The notes beneath the pieces are model-generated. The model ran no database searches and was not told where the DNA came from. It saw only the letters and a program-made list of their open reading frames with translations. From contig OZ244961.1 of assembly GCA_965222715.1 (NCBI GenBank), positions 76,609-140,608 on the forward strand: 64,000 nt of DNA. The letters are read 5' to 3'. The position numbers and the translations under genes were made by a program. Position 1 is the stretch's first letter. The number at the start of each line of letters is the position of its first letter. Of this stretch, positions 17,355 to 27,190 are shown piece after piece. The stretch comes from Minisyncoccota bacterium (GTDB lineage: Bacteria > Patescibacteriota > Minisyncoccia > Phycocordibacterales > JABMNX01).

Positions 17355-17807
17355 CTAACGATTCTCTTGTTTCAAAGTTCTCTCAATTGCTCGCTTACTC
17401 TCGCGACTTTTTATGGTTTCTCGTTTATCAAACTTCTTCTTACCTTTACCAATTGCGAGTTTTAGCTTCAATTTTCGCCCAGCATTATACACTGAAATTG
17501 GCACTATTGTCAATCCTTTCTGTGATTCTGCGCCAGCGAGTGTTCCTATCTCTTTTTTACTTAACAGTAGTCGCCGAGTCCGTTCAGGGTCGTAGTCTTT
17601 TGGTGTGTTTGAGGGTTGGTACGGTGGAATGGTTGCACCGACAAGAAATGCCTCATTATCACGCACCACCACATACGCACCTTCAAGACTCCCTAGCTTA
17701 TTACGGAGTGCTTTTACCTCAAAACCAAAAAGCTCCATCCCTGCCTCAAAGGTCTCAAGGAGTTCAAAATCAAATGATGCTTTTTTATTCCTAATTACAT
17801 CAGCCAT
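17355..17807 (-). CDS. smpB: SsrA-binding protein
   Basis: IRNKKASFDFELLETFEAGMELFGFEVKALR...LLLSKKEI is canonical SmpB. Confidence 0.9.
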   Translation of the reverse strand: MADVIRNKKASFDFELLETFEAGMELFGFEVKALRNKLGSLEGAYVVVRDNEAFLVGATIPPYQPSNTPKDYDPERTRRLLLSKKEIGTLAGAESQKGLTIVPISVYNAGRKLKLKLAIGKGKKKFDKRETIKSRESKRAIERTLKQENR

Positions 17808-17839
17808 TGTGGCTTTATCTTACCTTATTTTAATGTATA

Positions 17840-19867
17840 ATGGCACGACATATGGATATATTTGGTAACAAACGTGCACCTAAAAAGACTCCTAAAAAAA
17901 GTGCACCTCAGAAGAAACATACTCAAGATAAGAAGCAAGGGGGTGGACCTGAGATGCCTAAGCTTCCTGAAAAACAACAGTTCTGGGCAAACCTACTCAG
18001 TACACTTTTGATTTTTTTGATTTTGGTAAGCGCTTACTCCTTTATTGTTAGCGAGCGAGAAGAAACAGAAGAAATCCCTATTTCTCAAATTGCACAAGAC
18101 ATAGAAGCAGGAATTGTGAGTAGTATTGTTGTCTCTGGTGAAGATCTTGAGATTACGTACCTGCCTCAAGAAAATGAAGAAGGTCAAGCTAGTGAGGAGG
18201 TAGTAAAAGAATCTAAGAAAGAAGCAGGTACTGCGCTCACCGAGACCCTTGCTAACTATGGGGTGACCCGCGAACAACTTGCTGAAGTACGTATTGAGGT
18301 GAAAAACCCAAGTGGTTTTCGTTTCTGGTTCTTTACCCTTGCACCATTCTTACTCCCACTCCTTCTCATCGTTTTCTTTATCTGGTTTCTTTCAAGGCAA
18401 GTAAAAGGTGCTGGTATGCAAGCGTTTTCATTTGGTCAATCAAAGGCACGCATTATTGATCCAAATGATCAGACACAACGAGTTACCTTTAAAGATGTTG
18501 CAGGCGCAAAAGAAGCAAAAGAAGAATTAACTGAAATTGTTGATTTCCTTAAGAATCCGAAAAAGTTCCTCACTATTGGTGCACGTATTCCAAAAGGAAT
18601 TGTGCTCATGGGCTCACCTGGTACAGGAAAGACACTTCTCGCACGAGCGGTTGCTGGTGAGGCGGGAGTACCATTTTTCTCAATCTCTGGTTCAGAGTTT
18701 GTTGAGATGTTTGTCGGTGTTGGTGCAAGTCGTGTGCGTGACCTCTTTAAACTTGCGAAGAAAGCAGCACCCGCAATCATCTTTGTTGATGAAATTGATG
18801 CGGTTGGGCGTGTGCGTGGTACTGGCGTTGGTGGTGGAAATGATGAACGTGAGCAGACACTCAACCAAATTCTTGTTGAGATGGATGGCTTTGAGCCAAA
18901 TGAAAAGGTGATTGTGATGGCAGCAACAAACCGACCAGATGTACTTGACCCAGCACTCCTTCGCCCGGGCCGATTTGATCGACGAGTGACCATTGACCTT
19001 CCAGACCGTGGAGACCGAGAAGCAATACTTGGTATTCATGCACGCAAGAAACCACTTCATGACGACGTTGATCTTAAGGTGATCGCAGAGCGTACTCCTG
19101 GTTTTTCTGGTGCTGACCTCTACTCACTTATGAACGAGGGCGCAATTCTCGCAGCACGAGAGAATCGTAAAAAGGTAACCCAGTATGACCTCATTCGAGC
19201 AATTGAGAAAGTGATGCTTGGTCCAGAGCGAAAGAGTCACGTCTTGAATAAAAAAGAAAAAGAAATTACTGCATATCACGAAGCAGGGCATGCATTGGTT
19301 TCAAGTGTGTTGCCGTACGCTGACCCAGTACACAAGATTTCAATCATTTCCCGTGGTCGCGCTGCCGGGTATACGCTGAAGCTTCCATTTGAGGATAGAA
19401 AGATGCAATCAAAGAAAGAATTCCTTGATGACATTGCGACAACACTTGGTGGCTACATTGCTGAGCAAATGATATTTGATGATGTGACCACTGGTCCGTC
19501 AAATGATCTCCAGGTTCTTACTGCGCTTGCACGAAATATGGTCACAAAATATGGTATGTCAGACAAGATTGGCCCTGTCGCGCTTGAAGGTGAAAGCGGT
19601 CGCGCACTCCTTGGTACGGGTCTTGATGGGAAAGAATACTCAGAGAAAATATCTGCTGAAATTGATGCCGAGGTACATAAAATTATTAATGATGCATATA
19701 CAAAAGCAGAAAATATTCTCACAGAACATCGAGGTGCACTGGACGCAATCGCTAAAAAATTAATTGAAGTAGAAACACTTGAGCGAGAAGAGTTTGAACA
19801 ACTCCTTATTGCAAACCGTATTACTCCAAAACAAAAAGAAGACATTGAACACAGCGACACTGTCTAA
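17840..19867 (+). CDS. ftsH: ATP-dependent zinc metalloprotease FtsH
   Basis: Two N-terminal TM segments, AAA module ([33 protein letters not shown]), zinc-binding HEAGHA motif. Confidence 0.95.
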   Translation: MARHMDIFGNKRAPKKTPKKSAPQKKHTQDKKQGGGPEMPKLPEKQQFWANLLSTLLIFLILVSAYSFIVSEREETEEIPISQIAQDIEAGIVSSIVVSGEDLEITYLPQENEEGQASEEVVKESKKEAGTALTETLANYGVTREQLAEVRIEVKNPSGFRFWFFTLAPFLLPLLLIVFFIWFLSRQVKGAGMQAFSFGQSKARIIDPNDQTQRVTFKDVAGAKEAKEELTEIVDFLKNPKKFLTIGARIPKGIVLMGSPGTGKTLLARAVAGEAGVPFFSISGSEFVEMFVGVGASRVRDLFKLAKKAAPAIIFVDEIDAVGRVRGTGVGGGNDEREQTLNQILVEMDGFEPNEKVIVMAATNRPDVLDPALLRPGRFDRRVTIDLPDRGDREAILGIHARKKPLHDDVDLKVIAERTPGFSGADLYSLMNEGAILAARENRKKVTQYDLIRAIEKVMLGPERKSHVLNKKEKEITAYHEAGHALVSSVLPYADPVHKISIISRGRAAGYTLKLPFEDRKMQSKKEFLDDIATTLGGYIAEQMIFDDVTTGPSNDLQVLTALARNMVTKYGMSDKIGPVALEGESGRALLGTGLDGKEYSEKISAEIDAEVHKIINDAYTKAENILTEHRGALDAIAKKLIEVETLEREEFEQLLIANRITPKQKEDIEHSDTV

Positions 19868-19896
19868 AGAATTTTGTACCTAGTACCTGTCTATAA

Positions 19897-19935
19897 AAAA
19901 ATCACCCGTTCGGTCTTAAGACCGAACGGGCTTTG
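19897..19935. terminator. Bidirectional terminator hairpin (cacccgttcggtctt-aa-gaccgaacgggc)
   Basis: 13-bp stem between convergent ftsH and pyrC, with A/T runs on both sides. Confidence 0.55.
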
Positions 19936-19943
19936 ATATTCCT

Positions 19944-21005
19944 TCACACAGCAGCGACAGGTACGTCAGTTACTTTCCAGGGAATGATTTCACCCCCTCG
20001 GAACACCTGTATGTCTTCACCTTTGCAGGGGAGTGACACGGGCACTTCTCGTTTCTGGCGAGAAAGGGTAACCGTCCTTTCGTTAAGTGGAAGGCCGTAG
20101 AAACGGGCGCCATGCTCTGACACGAAACCTTCGAGTTGGTGAAGTACACCAGCAGAATCGAAGATCTCCGCATACGTCTGAAGTGCAGTGGGGGCACAGA
20201 AGATGCCAGCGCACCCGCAACTTGCCTCCTTCTTGCTTCGCAGGTGCGGCGCCGAGTCCGTTCCTGCAAAAAAGCACGGCATACCAGAGATTGCAGCCTG
20301 GACCAGAGCCTCCTTGTGCCACTTTCTTTTGGCGATAGGGAGGCAGTAGCGGTGTGGCTGAATACCGCCTTCGAAGATATCATTCCGGTCGATCACGAGG
20401 TGATGAGGGGTGATCGTCGCTGCGACAGACCGATCTTTTCTGTGCATTTCTTGCACAAATCGCACCCCTTCCCTGGTGGTAATGTGTTCGAGCACCACCT
20501 TGAGGAAACGGAATTGCTCCAGAAGCGGACGCAGTGTTCTCTCAATGAACACCGCCTCACGGTCGAATATGTCGACATCGGTGACCTCTCCGTGGATGAG
20601 GAGCGGCATGCCGACATCTTCCATCGCCCTGATGACTGGATACACCTTTTCGATTGAGGTGACCCCGAAATCTGAGTTGGTTGTCGCACCCTGCGGGTAG
20701 AGCTTGACCGCGGTTATGACACCGCTTTCTTTACCCTCCTTGATTTGCTTGGGGTCGGTGTTGTCGGTCAGGTAGAGCGTCATCAGCGGTGTGAAATGCG
20801 GATTCCCAGCCGCCGCCATGATTCGGTCTCGATAGGCGAGAGCCATCTCAACCGTCGTGACCGGCGGTACAAGGTTCGGCATGATGATCGCCCGAGCCCA
20901 CACATTCGATGTGTGAGAAAGGACTGCTTTGAGTACCTCACCATCACGTACGTGAAGGTGCCAGTCGTCTGGTTGACGAATGGTAATACTGTCTTGAGTT
21001 CCCAC
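19944..21005 (-). CDS. pyrC: Dihydroorotase, class II (E. coli PyrC type)
   Basis: N-terminal IRQPDDWHLHVRDG matches the E. coli-type PyrC signature (RRPDDWHLHLRDG), with a collinear ~350-aa fold. GC content is markedly above the genome background. Confidence 0.85.
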   Translation of the reverse strand: MGTQDSITIRQPDDWHLHVRDGEVLKAVLSHTSNVWARAIIMPNLVPPVTTVEMALAYRDRIMAAAGNPHFTPLMTLYLTDNTDPKQIKEGKESGVITAVKLYPQGATTNSDFGVTSIEKVYPVIRAMEDVGMPLLIHGEVTDVDIFDREAVFIERTLRPLLEQFRFLKVVLEHITTREGVRFVQEMHRKDRSVAATITPHHLVIDRNDIFEGGIQPHRYCLPIAKRKWHKEALVQAAISGMPCFFAGTDSAPHLRSKKEASCGCAGIFCAPTALQTYAEIFDSAGVLHQLEGFVSEHGARFYGLPLNERTVTLSRQKREVPVSLPCKGEDIQVFRGGEIIPWKVTDVPVAAV

Positions 21006-21149
21006 GATTTCCTCCTGTGGTTATGTGTAGAACCTAGTTAGTCTAGGCAGAGTATACGCACCTCTTTTTTGAATGTAAAGGAAGGTACCATATAGCTGAA
21101 AAAGAAATACCGCCACCTGTAGAGATCTACATGTGGCGGCAGGGGTGCA

Positions 21150-22088
21150 TCAAGCGGCGCTCGTGTCTTCGGAAAGATCAGAAAACCACTGTTCAGCATC
21201 ATCTAGAGCAACAAGTTCTTCCATGAACCCTTGGAAGGCGCGGAAGTTTTCGTTCCAGAAGAACGCAGTACCGATCTGCACACCTTCACACCCAAGTTCG
21301 AGGCGTTCCAGTATTCGTGAACCAGAGTTAATTCCTCCGGCACCGATGACTGCGATCGAGTCTGGGAGTAGTTTTCGAAACACCGTCGCCTCTTCATGTG
21401 CGATTGTGTAGAGACCTTCACCGCTCATACCACCGAAGCCATCGGTCACACCGAGAATCGGTTTCCCCGAGTCATCCAGCGGCTTGAACTTGGGTTTTGT
21501 GTTGCAGCAGACAACCGCGTGAAGAGAACCGTCAAATTCTTGTATGGTTGACGCGACCTGCTTTCGAAGTTCAGCGTCGTGATCATATGTCGAGAGCTTT
21601 GCTCGAATGGACGTATGCCTCCTGCATACGAGAATCACGTTGGCGAGGGCAGTCCGTAGCGTCTTGGTGTCCCAGGCGAAGATGGGTTTTTGCGCACCAT
21701 CGTCCCAGATGTTGGGGCATCCAAGATTGACCTCGATGCCGTCGACATCATACCCAGTGGCGACTTCAGCCAGCGTTCGAAACTCAGCCGGGTTGAACCC
21801 CCCGATATTGACGATGAGTTTCTTTCCAGCCGAGTGCGCAATCACAACCATCTCTGGTAAGTGTCTCTCGAGGTACGGTATACCGCCGTTTGGCATACCA
21901 AGCGAGTTCACACCTGTGCCATCAGGAAGCGTGGCAAAGTTGGTCCCTCCGAGATTGCCTTCCCGGGGTTCAACAGTAAACGAGCCAACGACGATTTCAG
22001 TCAGGTACGGCACCTCAGCGAGTTGCCGAACATGTTCGACTGTTTTCGCCCAGCCGGCTGCGTTTGAAAGTGAAAAATGGGGTTTCAT
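21150..22088 (-). CDS. pyrD: Dihydroorotate dehydrogenase, family 1 (Cys active-site base)
   Basis: EVNLGCPN motif (family 1 catalytic Cys), plus GGMSG and IGAGGI FMN-binding motifs. ~312 aa, as in PyrDA. Confidence 0.8.
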   Translation of the reverse strand: MKPHFSLSNAAGWAKTVEHVRQLAEVPYLTEIVVGSFTVEPREGNLGGTNFATLPDGTGVNSLGMPNGGIPYLERHLPEMVVIAHSAGKKLIVNIGGFNPAEFRTLAEVATGYDVDGIEVNLGCPNIWDDGAQKPIFAWDTKTLRTALANVILVCRRHTSIRAKLSTYDHDAELRKQVASTIQEFDGSLHAVVCCNTKPKFKPLDDSGKPILGVTDGFGGMSGEGLYTIAHEEATVFRKLLPDSIAVIGAGGINSGSRILERLELGCEGVQIGTAFFWNENFRAFQGFMEELVALDDAEQWFSDLSEDTSAA

Positions 22089-22202
22089 TGGTCACCTCAT
22101 TGGTTTGAGTTTCATGTAAAGAGCGTACGGCTATCAGCATCCTAGTTGAATTACTCTAGGAAGTCAAAAGAGTACTAAGAAACAGGGAGACCCTAGCTTT
22201 TG

Positions 22203-23009
22203 CTAGGGTCTGGTTAGGTTGAGTCGGATCGCTTGAGGTAAGTGGTCGGATCCAAACTGGTGAGGGCATACAACTGCTTCTGAGGCGTGATGTATTTCTC
22301 TTGAAACAAGGATTTTATCAAGAGATAATCCAGAGTCTGGATGGGTCACCCCGTCGCCAGAGACATCACATAGACCTTTCTTCTCGACGATTCGTGCGAA
22401 TATCTTCAACTCCCTTTGCTGAATCATCTCCTGTATTGAGTAGCGACTATAGATTCGACGCAACAGATATGCAGGAAGATGTCGAACAAGTGGAGTTGTG
22501 GTGACATTAAAATCACCGCAAATAATCGTTAAACCGTCGTGTTCAAGATGGTGTCTCACTGCACGTCTAAACTGCCTTAACTTGTTTTTCTCGGTTTCTG
22601 CGCATGCAACGTGTAGGTTGATAATCCTGAAAAGGGTGCCGTGTATCTCAACATCCACGCCTTGATGTTCAACACACTCTTGCCAACCCCTTACCCGAGC
22701 GAGCAGCGTTCGTTTGCCTGTTGATTTATGCGTGTGCCGTATTTCTCCTAAGAAAGGCACCCGAGAAAGAATCATAAGGTACGATCTTTTTTGGGTGTGT
22801 AGACCTAATAGGCCATTTGAAAAATGATCCACGGCGCTCGATTGGTGTGGGTATTCGTTGCTCAGGTTTATTTCAAGGTGTTGCCTCAACTCTTCAGGAA
22901 CCTCTTGTAAACAGATGATATCTGGCTTCTGAAACGCAACAAGTCTTTTGATCCTTTCTGGGTCCCGGTTGTCGCAGTCCACGTTAAAGGACACAATAAC
23001 AAAGGTCAT
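22203..23009 (-). CDS. Endonuclease/exonuclease/phosphatase (EEP, DNase I-like) family protein
   Basis: VSFNV...DIICLQEV N-terminal motif and C-terminal GSDHLP motif. Confidence 0.7.
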   Translation of the reverse strand: MTFVIVSFNVDCDNRDPERIKRLVAFQKPDIICLQEVPEELRQHLEINLSNEYPHQSSAVDHFSNGLLGLHTQKRSYLMILSRVPFLGEIRHTHKSTGKRTLLARVRGWQECVEHQGVDVEIHGTLFRIINLHVACAETEKNKLRQFRRAVRHHLEHDGLTIICGDFNVTTTPLVRHLPAYLLRRIYSRYSIQEMIQQRELKIFARIVEKKGLCDVSGDGVTHPDSGLSLDKILVSREIHHASEAVVCPHQFGSDHLPQAIRLNLTRP

Positions 23010-23112
23010 GTTGATCTCCCCTCATATGTACAGTTTAATTTTCTATAGAAGACTTTAGCATGTTTAGTGTACGCTTTAAAGAAATATAACTTTACGGTAT
23101 AGTTTTTAAATT

Positions 23113-23186
23113 CCACCCTTAGCTCAGTTGGTTAGAGCACAGAGCTTATATCTCTGCGGTCCCAGGTTCGAATCCTGGAGGGTGGA
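23113..23186 (+). tRNA. tRNA-Ile (anticodon TAT)
   Basis: Cloverleaf with acceptor ccaccct/agggtgg, D-arm gctcagttggttagagc, anticodon loop cttatat (UAU), T-arm ccaggttcgaatcctgg. No CCA encoded. Confidence 0.7.
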
Positions 23187-23193
23187 CTAGGTG

Positions 23194-25365
23194 TTATTCA
23201 AAGTGTAGGTTTTGTTCTTTTTCCTCAGTTTTCTTAAGGAGGAGTGGATGCTCTTCAAGTGTTGGGTCACTCTCGACAAGTTGTTGTGCTTCTTTGCGGG
23301 CAGCTTCAACCATCTTTACATTCTTGATTGCTTCCATACCGATATCTGAAAGTCCCCACTGTTTTTTGCCGTAGAGCTCACCAGTACCGCGGAGGGTCAG
23401 ATCAAACTCAGCAAGTTCAAATCCATTTTTTGCAGTTGAGAGCGCCTTCAGTCGCTCGGTTGTTTGCTTTGCAGTACTGTCTGAGAAAACAAAACAGAAT
23501 GCTTGGTGATTACTTCGTATGACACGTCCGCGTAACTGATGTAGTTGTGCAAGGCCGAACCGCTCGGCGCCTTCAATCACAATCACGGTTGCGTTTGGCA
23601 CGTTCACACCAACTTCAACAACAGATGTTGCAACAAGAATGTCTATTCTATGTTCTGCAAAATCATTCATCACCTCTTCTTTTTGTGCAGGGGTAAGTTT
23701 ACTGTGAAGAATGCCAATGGTGTAGTCAGGGAAGACCTCCTCCTGCAGTCGCTTAGCTTCTTCGTTTACCGATTTTGCTTGTATTGCTTTTTGTTTCTTT
23801 GGATCTGGCTCATCAATGCGTGGGCAAATCACGTAGGCTTGGCGACCGTCTTCTAACTCTTTTCTAATTTTTTCATACGTTTTTTCACGATCCTTGGGAA
23901 GCACTATCTCAGTAATGATCGGTTTTCGCCCAACCGGCATCTGGTCAAGTAAGGTAAGGTCGAGGTCACCGTAAATGGTGAGCGCGAGTGTTCGGGGGAT
24001 TGGTGTTGCGGTCATTGAGAGAAGGTGTGGTGCAAATTGATCTTTGCGTAAAAGTTTCTGGCGCTGAATAGTACCGAAACGATGTTGTTCGTCGATAATG
24101 ACATACGCGAGATTTTTGAATTCAACAGTTTTTTGAATCAGTGCGTGAGTTCCAATGAGGATTGGGATCTCTCCATTTGTGATCCACTTCAATAATTGCG
24201 TGCGAGAAATATCAGTTGGCTCTTCTGGATTCACCTTTGAAGGAAATTTTTTACATCCACTTGAGGTAATGAGCCCAATCTGGACTGGCATGTGCTTAAA
24301 GTATTCAATAAAGGAGGCAAAGTGCTGCTTTGCGAGAATTTCTGTCGGCACCATGTACGCTGTCTGTAGTGCGCCGAAGTCCTGGTTTGGAGGTCGTGAG
24401 GTCGTGACCGCATACACTGTCGCCGCAGCGACTGCGGTTTTTCCAGAACCCACATCTCCTTCAAGAAGGCGAGACATTGGATGCTCTTTAGTAAAGTCAG
24501 TGGTAATGTCAGTGATTGCCTTGTGTTGAGACTCAGTCGGCTTAAAGGGAAAACGATTCACAAACTCATCAATTCTCTTTTGTTCCACTGTGACCCTAAG
24601 CGCGTTTCGTTCACTATTCTCATGTCGTTCTTTTTGTTGAAGAAGTTGAATATAGAAGACTTCATTAAATGCAAAACGTTTTCGTGCAGAGAGACTGTCT
24701 TTTGCTTTCTGTGGTGTGTGAATCCATACGAGAGCGCTTTTTAAAGAGGGAAGATTATATCGCTCAAGAATTTGTTGCGGTACAGGGTCTACTACTGAGT
24801 CCAAGATTCCATTTTCAAAGATGCGTTTCAGTGCGTGGTAAAACCACTTTGAAGTGATTCCTTTACTCTCTGGGTAGAATGGATAAAAAAGCACCTCTGA
24901 AGTACCTTCTCCTTTAAAAAGAGGAGCATTTACATCTGTGGGGATACTATCAACCCGCTCAATCTCTGGGTTGGCAATATAGAGACTCTTACTATCGCCA
25001 GTGACTTTCCCTGAGAGCTTTACAAGCGCATCGCTCGGGTACATCTTCGCAATGTACGGCTGGTTAAACCAAATAATTTTTATACTGCCTGAGTCGTCAA
25101 TAAGTTGCCCTTCAGAGATTGGAGTTCGCGAGCGGAATGACTTTTTTGTTTTTAGGTTTGAAAGTTTGCCGTAGAGAATTGCGCTACTGTTTTCTTTTGC
25201 ATCTTTCTTGAGGTCAGTAACTCGTTTAATATCTGAAATATTTTCGTACCGAGTAGGGAAGTGATAGAGCAGTGATTCAATGGTCTCAAGTCGTAATCGC
25301 TTCAGTGCTTTTTTCTGTGTCTCAAGAAGTCGGAAATGTTTCTCAATTGGGTCACTCAGTTGCAT
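23194..25365 (-). CDS. recG: ATP-dependent DNA helicase RecG
   Basis: Wedge domain plus superfamily-2 helicase motifs (DVGSGKT, DEQHRFG, TATPIPRT), ~723 aa. Confidence 0.9.
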   Translation of the reverse strand: MQLSDPIEKHFRLLETQKKALKRLRLETIESLLYHFPTRYENISDIKRVTDLKKDAKENSSAILYGKLSNLKTKKSFRSRTPISEGQLIDDSGSIKIIWFNQPYIAKMYPSDALVKLSGKVTGDSKSLYIANPEIERVDSIPTDVNAPLFKGEGTSEVLFYPFYPESKGITSKWFYHALKRIFENGILDSVVDPVPQQILERYNLPSLKSALVWIHTPQKAKDSLSARKRFAFNEVFYIQLLQQKERHENSERNALRVTVEQKRIDEFVNRFPFKPTESQHKAITDITTDFTKEHPMSRLLEGDVGSGKTAVAAATVYAVTTSRPPNQDFGALQTAYMVPTEILAKQHFASFIEYFKHMPVQIGLITSSGCKKFPSKVNPEEPTDISRTQLLKWITNGEIPILIGTHALIQKTVEFKNLAYVIIDEQHRFGTIQRQKLLRKDQFAPHLLSMTATPIPRTLALTIYGDLDLTLLDQMPVGRKPIITEIVLPKDREKTYEKIRKELEDGRQAYVICPRIDEPDPKKQKAIQAKSVNEEAKRLQEEVFPDYTIGILHSKLTPAQKEEVMNDFAEHRIDILVATSVVEVGVNVPNATVIVIEGAERFGLAQLHQLRGRVIRSNHQAFCFVFSDSTAKQTTERLKALSTAKNGFELAEFDLTLRGTGELYGKKQWGLSDIGMEAIKNVKMVEAARKEAQQLVESDPTLEEHPLLLKKTEEKEQNLHFE

Positions 25366-25423
25366 TAGCGTCTAGTATATCAAAAAGAAGACCACCCGAA
25401 GGAAGTCTTCTCTAAGGCGGTCG

Positions 25424-25675
25424 TTATTGTGTCTTGTTTTGTAGAGGGGTGAGCGAAGGGAATTTGTGAAAACTCCACCCCAGGTCGTAGTTACCCGGGT
25501 AGATCGCTCTGATGTTGTTGACGTGGTTCCGCATCTCCTCACTTCGTGCGCGCCACCCGTCCGGAGTGACTTGAAACACATGCGAGAGGACAATCTCCTC
25601 TCCTGAATACTCGTAGTCCTTGCAACAGAACGTGTCACCGTTCTTGAATGCCACAAAAAATGAAAAATCGCTCAT
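25424..25675 (-). CDS. Small hypothetical protein (83 aa)
   Basis: AGGAGGTG RBS directly upstream of the ATG; no recognisable domain. Confidence 0.35.
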   Translation of the reverse strand: MSDFSFFVAFKNGDTFCCKDYEYSGEEIVLSHVFQVTPDGWRARSEEMRNHVNNIRAIYPGNYDLGWSFHKFPSLTPLQNKTQ

Positions 25676-25701
25676 TGTGACACCTCCTTTCCTATACTTA
25701 T

Positions 25702-26082
25702 TTAAACAGTATTTTCTTTCTTTGTCAATCCGTGCTTTGCATTAAGCGCAAGGATGAGTGCCATGATGAGAATAGGTACATCACGGAAGAGGACATCCAT
25801 TTGTGAGAGGTTGAAGATAATAATGCCGAGAAGCATTACTGTTGCAACAATACTTGGAATAAAAATCTTTTTCCCTGAGAGAATCCAAAGTCCAACAATA
25901 ATTTCAATAACACCAAAGATGTGAAGTAGAAGCATTACATCAATACCACTATCAAGAAGAAAGGTGGGGAAGTATCCAACCCAGGCGAACGGAGTAAACC
26001 ATGCAGAGATTGCTGGGTAGAGAAACGCGAAGGCAACTCCAACACGGAGTAATAGGTCAGTATAGCTTTCTTTTGAGAACAT
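25702..26082 (-). CDS. DoxX-family membrane protein
   Basis: ~126 aa, four TM helices, typical DoxX N-terminus (LLRVGVAFAFLYPAISAW). Confidence 0.55.
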   Translation of the reverse strand: MFSKESYTDLLLRVGVAFAFLYPAISAWFTPFAWVGYFPTFLLDSGIDVMLLLHIFGVIEIIVGLWILSGKKIFIPSIVATVMLLGIIIFNLSQMDVLFRDVPILIMALILALNAKHGLTKKENTV

Positions 26083-26096
26083 GTTCTTTTATTAGA

Positions 26097-26648
26097 TTAT
26101 TCTACAACCACGGTGCCACGCTTTGAAGCACGTACGTGATTGTGATACCCCCACTCACCAGCTTGGGTAAAGGTGAATTCCCATGACTCACCGTTATTGT
26201 TCACGCCACATTGATCAAATGCACTACCAAGACAATCATTCGTTGTTTTCTCTGAGTAGAGCGAGTGTGTTGGGTGAATGTCTGAACCAACCCACATACG
26301 TCCTCCGCTTTCATTAACAAATCGCACCGTGTCACCTTGTGTGATAGTAACTGTCTCGGGTGAGAATCCGTCATCAGTGTAAGTTACTACCGTTACCGCA
26401 TCAGAAGCGCTACTGGTTTGAGTTCCAGTATCTCCTTGTGAAGAAGGTGATTCATCAAATTCTGGTTCAAGACCTTCGGTATCATTAAAGTTTTCTGGTG
26501 CTTCTCCTTCAAGAAATGTTCCTGAAGCACCATTCTGGTTTGTATCGAGACCTCCAGTATCACTTGGTGCTTCCGCTCGATTAAAGAAGAAGAACGCACC
26601 GCCAATAATAATGATAATAAGGATGATTATGCTTGCTGTGTATTTCAT
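26097..26648 (-). CDS. Secreted/anchored hypothetical protein with low-complexity linker and beta-sandwich (cupredoxin-like?) C-terminal domain
   Basis: N-terminal signal/TM, a D/E/T/S-rich linker, C-terminal VTITQGDTVRFVNESGG...GEWGYHNHV resembling a cupredoxin-like fold. Metal ligands not confidently identified. Confidence 0.35.
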   Translation of the reverse strand: MKYTASIIILIIIIIGGAFFFFNRAEAPSDTGGLDTNQNGASGTFLEGEAPENFNDTEGLEPEFDESPSSQGDTGTQTSSASDAVTVVTYTDDGFSPETVTITQGDTVRFVNESGGRMWVGSDIHPTHSLYSEKTTNDCLGSAFDQCGVNNNGESWEFTFTQAGEWGYHNHVRASKRGTVVVE

Positions 26649-26713
26649 ATGCTTTGTAGTATACCCCTACACTATATTTTCTACAAAATAGTATATGTGC
26701 ATGGCATACACAG

Positions 26714-26739
26714 AAACGCCAAGAGTACTCTTGGCGTTT
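26714..26739. terminator. Terminator hairpin aaacgccaag-agtact-cttggcgttt
   Basis: Perfect 10-bp stem; same stem sequence as terminators at 1397, 27010 and 55540. Confidence 0.5.
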
Positions 26740-26815
26740 ATTTCAGCTAAGAATAATGGTATCCTGGTGTAACTTGGAGACCTTTCTAAGGTAGATAGGT
26801 AGCCCAAATTGAATA

Positions 26816-26895
26816 TTGGAGACGTGGCTGAGTGGTCCAAAAATGAAAAACAGACGCCTCAGTGCTTTCGTCCCGTCCCGTATGACGTTAAACTG
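26816..26895 (+). pseudogene. Partial/degenerate tRNA-Ser copy (5' half only)
   Basis: First 20 nt ggagacgtggctgagtggtc are identical to the 5' end of the downstream tRNA-Ser, followed by an anticodon-arm-like gcctcagtgct. No T-arm. Confidence 0.4.
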
Positions 26896-26913
26896 CCTAA
26901 TTAAATATAGAAT

Positions 26914-27000
26914 GGAGACGTGGCTGAGTGGTCGAAAGCGCCTCACTGCTAACGAGGTAGGGGTTTACACCCCTCGTGGGTTCGAATCCCACCGTCTCCG
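26914..27000 (+). tRNA. tRNA-Ser (anticodon GCT)
   Basis: Class II tRNA: long variable arm (ggggtttacacccc), anticodon loop ctgctaa, T-arm gtgggttcgaatcccac, acceptor ggagacg/cgtctcc. Confidence 0.85.
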
Positions 27001-27002
27001 CA

Positions 27003-27043
27003 ATACCAAAAAACGCCAAGATAGCTTTGGCGTTTTTTGGTAT
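27003..27043. terminator. Long palindromic terminator ataccaaaaaacgccaag-atag-ctttggcgttttttggtat
   Basis: 18-bp near-perfect stem immediately after tRNA-Ser. Confidence 0.5.
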
Positions 27044-27161
27044 AGTGGAAAACAGTTGGGGGGTTCGAAAGCCGGAGCGATGCGCGAGTTTGCGAAGCAA
27101 GGCGAGTGCCGCGAGGCGGGGTCGCGAAAAATTTCCGTCAGGAAATTTATTTGTGACCGAA

Positions 27162-27177
27162 TCCCACCGTCTCCAAT
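27162..27177 (+). repeat. Direct repeat of the tRNA-Ser 3' end (cgaatcccaccgtctcc)
   Basis: 16-17 nt identical to tRNA-Ser positions 26983-26999, about 160 bp downstream of the intact gene. Confidence 0.5.
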
Positions 27178-27190
27178 AATCCAAAAATCT

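Noticed and set aside
17315-17868. Plus-strand ORFs (159 aa, 87 aa) overlapping smpB
   Set aside because: Antisense or out-of-frame to the canonical SmpB gene. No RBS and no recognisable domains.
18469-19060. Long minus-strand ORFs (174 aa, 122 aa) inside ftsH
   Set aside because: Antisense to a strongly supported, fully conserved FtsH coding sequence. They are stop-codon-poor artefacts of the coding strand's composition.
20087-21041. Multiple 80-170-aa ORFs on both strands within pyrC
   Set aside because: The GC-rich pyrC region has few stop codons in alternative frames. All overlap the well-supported dihydroorotase frame.
26816-27190. 5' extension of the 363-aa ORF across the tRNA-Ser genes, plus minus-strand ORFs at 26897-27198
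   Set aside because: They overlap an intact tRNA-Ser and terminator hairpins. The real CDS most plausibly begins at the ATG at 27191.
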